The notes beneath the pieces are model-generated. The model did no database searches. It was not told where the DNA came from and worked only from the letters and a program-made list of their open reading frames with translations. A stretch of DNA of 53,362 bases from Nemertoderma westbladi (taxonomy: Eukaryota; Animalia; Xenacoelomorpha), in NCBI GenBank assembly GCA_032718475.1, contig JAUCBJ010002400.1, forward strand, positions 1 to 53,362, written 5' to 3'. Numbering within the stretch: the stretch's first letter is position 1; each line of letters starts with the position of its first letter. A program made the translations under genes and the position numbers. Positions 47,733-53,362 of the stretch are shown one piece after another.

Positions 47733-48714
47733 GAAGGATTCTGAATCAAATTGCAGGGTAGTTGCGTTGGTCAAGAATTATTATGTTATATTATTAAAGT
47801 TGTCTCGTTCGTGAGCTTTCAAATTTGTTAAATTCTATAATAAAAATAAAATAAAAATACCTTTGGATTCATAATTAATATTATAATGTCGATAAATTAG
47901 ACGGAAAGTGAGACAAAAATGACAACAAATAAATGAAAAAAATTACACAATTATATTTGCTCTTAAACAATGCGGTTCATTTGCCAGTTGTTGAAAATTT
48001 TAAATAAAATACCCAAAAAGTATTATCTTAAAGTATTCAGAATATAATATTTGAGAGAATCTATGACATTCAATAAACTAATGTTCTGGAATATTTACAT
48101 AGTAACAGGTATAGTGTGCAGCTATAGGCTATTTGCTTGACCAGCCAATCTCAGAATTATTGTAAAATTAGATTTAACAACATATTTCACTTGAAACGTA
48201 CTGATAGAGGGGTGGGGACTTGTTGGAGCTGTCGCCAGGTGATTGTAACTGTTTTTCGGGATCATTTGCGTGATAGGAAAACGCATTGAGGGAATTTTCA
48301 TAGAGTATACTTTCTATCCTCTATCTCGTGGTATGGGTTAGAAGTCGCGAAATTGAAAATCAATGCCCATTTTTGAAAAAAATCGCAAGTTATTTTGGTA
48401 AATTGCGGATAATTAATGGAAGGGCTTTTGAACTGGCAAATTAAATTTAAATTAAAGCTGTACTTTCGAGAATTTAAAATCTGTATTTTAACTTCTTTAA
48501 GAAACAACTGAGATACGAGAGCTCTAACATTGCATGTATTTTTCACTTAATAACTTGAGTCGTAAATATAACACCAACACAAGGAATGTAGCAAAATAAT
48601 TCAGTGTTTTTAGGAAACTGAAAAGTCTATTGTGTATATCCAAATTCCCTTACTAACTGCGTTCCTGTAAAAATAAAGCAATGCAAAATAAATTAAAATA
48701 TTTACTGACAAAAA

Positions 48715-48835
48715 AAGCCTACAACACTTGGTGTTCCCTGGCGGTCTCCCATCCAAGTACTAACCAAGCTCGAAGGGCCTTAACTTTCGCTGATCGGACG
48801 AGAAGCGGTGCTTTCCCCTTAATATGGTCGTAGGC
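48715..48835 (-). rRNA. 5S rRNA
   Basis: Full-length copy with a T7 terminator; C15T variant. Confidence 0.95.
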
Positions 48836-49816
48836 GAAGGATTCTGAATCAAATTGCAGGGTAGTTGCGTTGGTCAAGAATTATTATGTTATATTATTAA
48901 AGTTGTCTCGTTCGTGAGCTTTCAAATTTGTTAAATTCTATAACAAAAATAAAATAAAAATACCTTTGGATTCATAATTAATATTATAATGTCAATAAAT
49001 TAGACGGAAAGTGAGACAAAAATGACAACAAATAAATGAAAAAAATTACACAATTATATTTGCTCTTAAACAATGCGGTTCATTTGCCAGTTGTTGAAAA
49101 TATTAAATAAAATACCCAAAAAGTATTATCTTAAAGTATTCAGAATATAATATTTGAGAGAATCTATGACATTCAATAAACTAATGTTCTGGAATATTTA
49201 CATAGTAACAGGTATAGTGTGCAGTTATAGGCTATTTGCTTGACCAGCCAATCTCAGAATTATTGTAAAATTAGATTTAACAACATATTTCACTTGAAAC
49301 GTACTGATAGAGGGGTGGGGACTTGTTGGAGCTGTCGCCAGGTGATTGTAACTTTTTTTCGGGATCATTTGCGTGATAGGAAAACGCATTGAGGGAATTT
49401 TCATAGAGTATACTTTCTATCCTCTATCTCGTGGTATGAGTTAGAAGTCGCGAAATTGAAAATCAATGTCCATTTTTGAAAAAAATCGCAAGTTATTTTG
49501 GTAAATTGCGGATAATTAATGGAAGGGCTTTTGAACTGGCAAATTAAATTTAAATTAAAGCTGTACTTTCGAGAATTTAAAATCTGTATTTTAACTTCTT
49601 TAAGAAACAACTGAGATACGAGAGCTCTAACATTGCATGTATTTTTCACTTAATAACTTGAGTCGTAAATATAACACCACACAAGGTTTGTAGCAAAACA
49701 ATTCAGTGTTTTTAGGAAACTGAAAAGTCTATTGTGTATATCCAAATTCCCTTACTAACTGCGTTCCTGTAAAAATAAAGCAATGCAAAATAAATTAAAA
49801 TATTTACTGACAAAAA

Positions 49817-49937
49817 AAGCCTACAACACTTGGTGTTCCCTGGCGGTCTCCCATCCAAGTACTAACCAAGCTCGAAGGGCCTTAACTTTCGCTGATCGGA
49901 CGAGAAGCGGTGCTTTCCCCTTAATATGGTCGTAGGC
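49817..49937 (-). rRNA. 5S rRNA
   Basis: Full-length copy with a T7 terminator; C15T variant. Confidence 0.95.
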
Positions 49938-50919
49938 GAAGGATTCTGAATCAAATTGCAGGGTAGTTGCGTTGGTCAAGAATTATTATGTTATATTATT
50001 AAAGTTGTCTCGTTCGTGAGCTTTCAAATTTGTTAAATTCTATAACAAAAATAAAATAAAAATACCTTTGGATTCATAATTAATATTATAATGTCAATAA
50101 ATTAGACGGAAAGTGAGACAAAAATGACAACAAATAAATGAAAAAAATTACACAATTATATTTGCTCTTAAACAATGCGGTTCATTTGCCAGTTGTTGAA
50201 AATATTAAATAAAATACCCAAAAAGTATTATCTTAAAGTATTCAGAATATAATATTTGAGAGAATCTATGACATTCAATAAACTAATGTTCTGGAATATT
50301 TACATAGTAACAGGTATAGTGTGCAGTTATAGGCTATTTGCTTGACCAGCCAATCTCAGAATTATTGTAAAATTAGATTTAACAACATATTTCACTTGAA
50401 ACGTACTGATAGAGGGGTGGGGACTTGTTGGAGCTGTCGCCAGGTGATTGTAACTTTTTTTCGGGATCATTTGCGTGATAGGAAAACGCATTGAGGGAAT
50501 TTTCATAGAGTATACTTTCTATCCTCTATCTCGTGGTATGGGTTAGAAGTCGCGAAATTGAAAATCAATGTCCATTTTTGAAAAAAATCGCAAGTTATTT
50601 TGGTAAATTGCGGATAATTAATGGAAGGGCTTTTGAACTGGCAAATTAAATTTAAATTAAAGCTGTACTTTCGAGAATTTCAAATCTGTATTTTAACTTC
50701 TTTAAGAAACAACTGAGATACGAGAGCTCTAACATTGCATGTATTTTTCACTTAATAACTTGAGTCGTAAATATAACACCAACACAAGGTTTGTAGCAAA
50801 ATAATTCAGTGTTTTTAGGAAACTGAAAAGTCTATTGTGTATATCCAAATTCCCTTACTAACTGCGTTCCTGTAAAAATAAAGCAATGCAAAATAAATTA
50901 AAATATTTACTGACAAAAA

Positions 50920-51040
50920 AAGCCTACAACACTTGGTGTTCCCTGGCGGTCTCCCATCCAAGTACTAACCAAGCTCGAAGGGCCTTAACTTTCGCTGATC
51001 GGACGAGAAGCGGTGCTTTCCCCTTAATATGGTCGTAGGC
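50920..51040 (-). rRNA. 5S rRNA
   Basis: Full-length copy with a T7 terminator; C15T variant. Confidence 0.95.
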
Positions 51041-52022
51041 GAAGGATTCTGAATCAAATTGCAGGGTAGTTGCGTTGGTCAAGAATTATTATGTTATATT
51101 ATTAAAGTTGTCTCGTTCGTGAGCTTTCAAATTTGTTAAATTCTATAACAAAAATAAAATAAAAATACCTTTGGATTCATAATTAATATTATAATGTCAA
51201 TAAATTAGACGGAAAGTGAGACAAAAATGACAACAAATAAATGAAAAAAATTACACAATTATATTTGCTCTTAAACAATGCGGTTCATTTGCCAGTTTTT
51301 GAAAATATTAAATAAAATACCCAAAAAGTATTATCTTAAAGTATTCAGAATATAATATTTGAGAGAATCTATGACATTCAATAAACTAATGTTCTGGAAT
51401 ATTTACATAGTAACAGGTATAGTGTGCAGTTATAGGCTATTTGCTTGACCAGCCAATCGCAGAATTATTGTAAAATTAGATTTAACAACATATTTCACTT
51501 GAAACGTACTGATAGAGGGGTGGGGACTTGTTGGAGCTGTCGCCAGGTGATTGTAACTTTTTTTCGGGATCATTTGCGTGATAGGAAAACGCATTGAGGG
51601 AATTTTCATAGAGTATACTTTCTATCCTCTATCTCGTGGTATGGGTTAGAAGTCGCGAAATTGAAAATCAATGTCCATTTTTGAAAAAAATCGCAAGTTA
51701 TTTTGGTAAATTGCGGATAATTAATGGAAGGGCTTTTGAACTGGCAAATTAAATTTAAATTAAAGCTGTACTTTCGAGAATTTCAAATCTGTATTTTAAC
51801 TTCTTTAAGAAACAACTGAGATACGAGAGCTCTAACATTGCATGTATTTTTCACTTAATAACTTGAGTCGTAAATATAACACCAAAACAAGGTTTGTAGC
51901 AAAATAATTCAGTGTTTTTAGGAAACTGAAAAGTCTATTGTGTATATCCAAATTCCCTTACTAACTGCGTTCCTGTAAAAATAAAGCAATGCAAAATAAA
52001 TTAAAATATTTACTGACAAAAA

Positions 52023-52143
52023 AAGCCTACAACACTTGGTGTTCCCTGGCGGTCTCCCATCCAAGTACTAACCAAGCTCGAAGGGCCTTAACTTTCGCTG
52101 ATCGGGCGAGAAGCGGTGCTTTCCCCTTGATATGGTCGTAGGC
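52023..52143 (-). rRNA. 5S rRNA
   Basis: Full-length copy with a T7 terminator; one substitution in loop C. Confidence 0.95.
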
Positions 52144-53127
52144 GAAGGATTCTGAATCAAATTGCAGGGTAGTTGCGTTGGTCAAGAATTATTATGTTAT
52201 ATTATTAAAGTTGTCTCGTTCGTGAGCTTTCAAATTTGTTAAATCCTATAACAAAAATAAAATAAAAATACCTTTGGATTCATAATTAATATTATAATGT
52301 CGATAAATTAGACGGAAAGTGAGACAAAAATGACAACAAATAAATGAAAAAATTTACACAATTATATTTGCTCTTAAACAATGCGGTTCAGTTGCCAGTA
52401 GGTGAAAATATTAAATAAAATACCTAAAAAGTATTATCTTAAAGTATTCAGAATATAATATTTGAGAGAATATATCGACATTCAATAAACTAATGTTCTG
52501 GAATATTAACATAGTAACAGGTATAGTGTGCAGTACATATGCTATTTGCTTGACCAGCCAATCTCAGAATTATTGTAAAATGAGATTTAACAATATATTT
52601 CACTTGAAACGTACTGATAGAGGGGTGGGGACTTGTTGGCGCTGTCGCCAGGTGATTCTAGCTGTTTTTCGGGATCATTTGCGTGATAGGAAAACGCATT
52701 GAGGGAATTTTCAGAGAGTATACTTTCTATCCTCTATCTTGTGGTATGGGTTAGAAGTCGCGAAATTGAAAATCAATGTCCATTTTTTAAAAAAATCGCA
52801 AGTTATTTTGGTAAATTGCGGATAATTAATGGAAGGGCTTTTGAACTGGCAAATTAAATTTAAATTAAAACTGTACTTTCGAGAATTTCAAATCTGTATT
52901 TTAACTTCTTTAAGAAACAGCTGAGATACGAGAGCTCTAACATTGCATGTATTTTTCACTTAATAACTTGAGTCGTAAATATAACACCAAAACAATGTTT
53001 GTAGCAAAATAATTCAGTGTTTTTAGGAAACTGAAAAGTCTATTTTGTATATCCAAATTCCCTTACTAACTGCGTTCAAGTAAAAATAAAGAAATGCAAA
53101 ATAAATTAAAATATTTGCTGACAAAAA

Positions 53128-53248
53128 AAGCCTACAACACTTGGTGTTCCCTGGCGGTCTCCCATCCAAGTACTAACCAAGCTCGAAGGGCCTTAACTTT
53201 CGCTGATCGGACGAGAAGCGGTGCTTTCCCCTTGATATGGTCGTAGGC
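53128..53248 (-). rRNA. 5S rRNA
   Basis: Full-length copy with a T7 terminator. Confidence 0.95.
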
Positions 53249-53362
53249 GAAGGATTCTGAATCAAATTGCAGGGTAGTTGCGTTGGTCAAGAATTATTAT
53301 GTTATATTATTAAAGTTGTCTCGTTCGTGAGCTTTCAAATTTGTTAAATCCTATAACAAAAA

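Larger units (their letters stand above)
43210..53362 (-). repeat. 5S rDNA tandem array, ~1103-bp unit, continues off the right edge
   Basis: Ten near-identical units at a period of 1102-1106 bp. Confidence 0.98.

Noticed and set aside
43884-52702. Repeated 82-aa and 69-aa ORFs in the 5S spacer
   Set aside because: They have non-ATG or inconsistent starts, are broken in several units and have no recognisable domain.

Overview
Repeat-rich, AT-rich animal (probably invertebrate) genomic window with no prokaryotic features. From left to right it contains: (1) a minus-strand BEL/Pao LTR retrotransposon, whose gag is broken by a 1457-bp out-of-frame tandem duplication, whose leader is interrupted by a 3.8-kb CCC-ended DNA transposon carrying three nested MITEs, and whose 5' LTR lies at 10372-11597; (2) a 26-bp minisatellite and a Gypsy 3' remnant; (3) two DINE-1/Helentron-like elements with shared ends but different interiors; (4) a ~100-copy 41-bp palindromic satellite enclosed by inverted repeats; (5) several CR1-group LINE relics; (6) two convergent intronless ORFs, one resembling a tandem-CARD protein and one a GPI-anchored Ly6/uPAR-like protein; (7) the 3' end of a second, related LTR element (triple zinc-knuckle ORF, PPT, LTR) fused to a 3'-truncated 5S gene at the edge of a ~1103-bp-unit 5S rDNA array with 10 copies visible. 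The most interesting signal is that the BEL/Pao element has no tRNA primer-binding site. Instead, the 11 nt directly after its 5' LTR are the perfect complement of an 11-mer inside that LTR, which is the geometry of Tf1-type self-priming. All family calls are by-eye motif recognition, and no searches were run.
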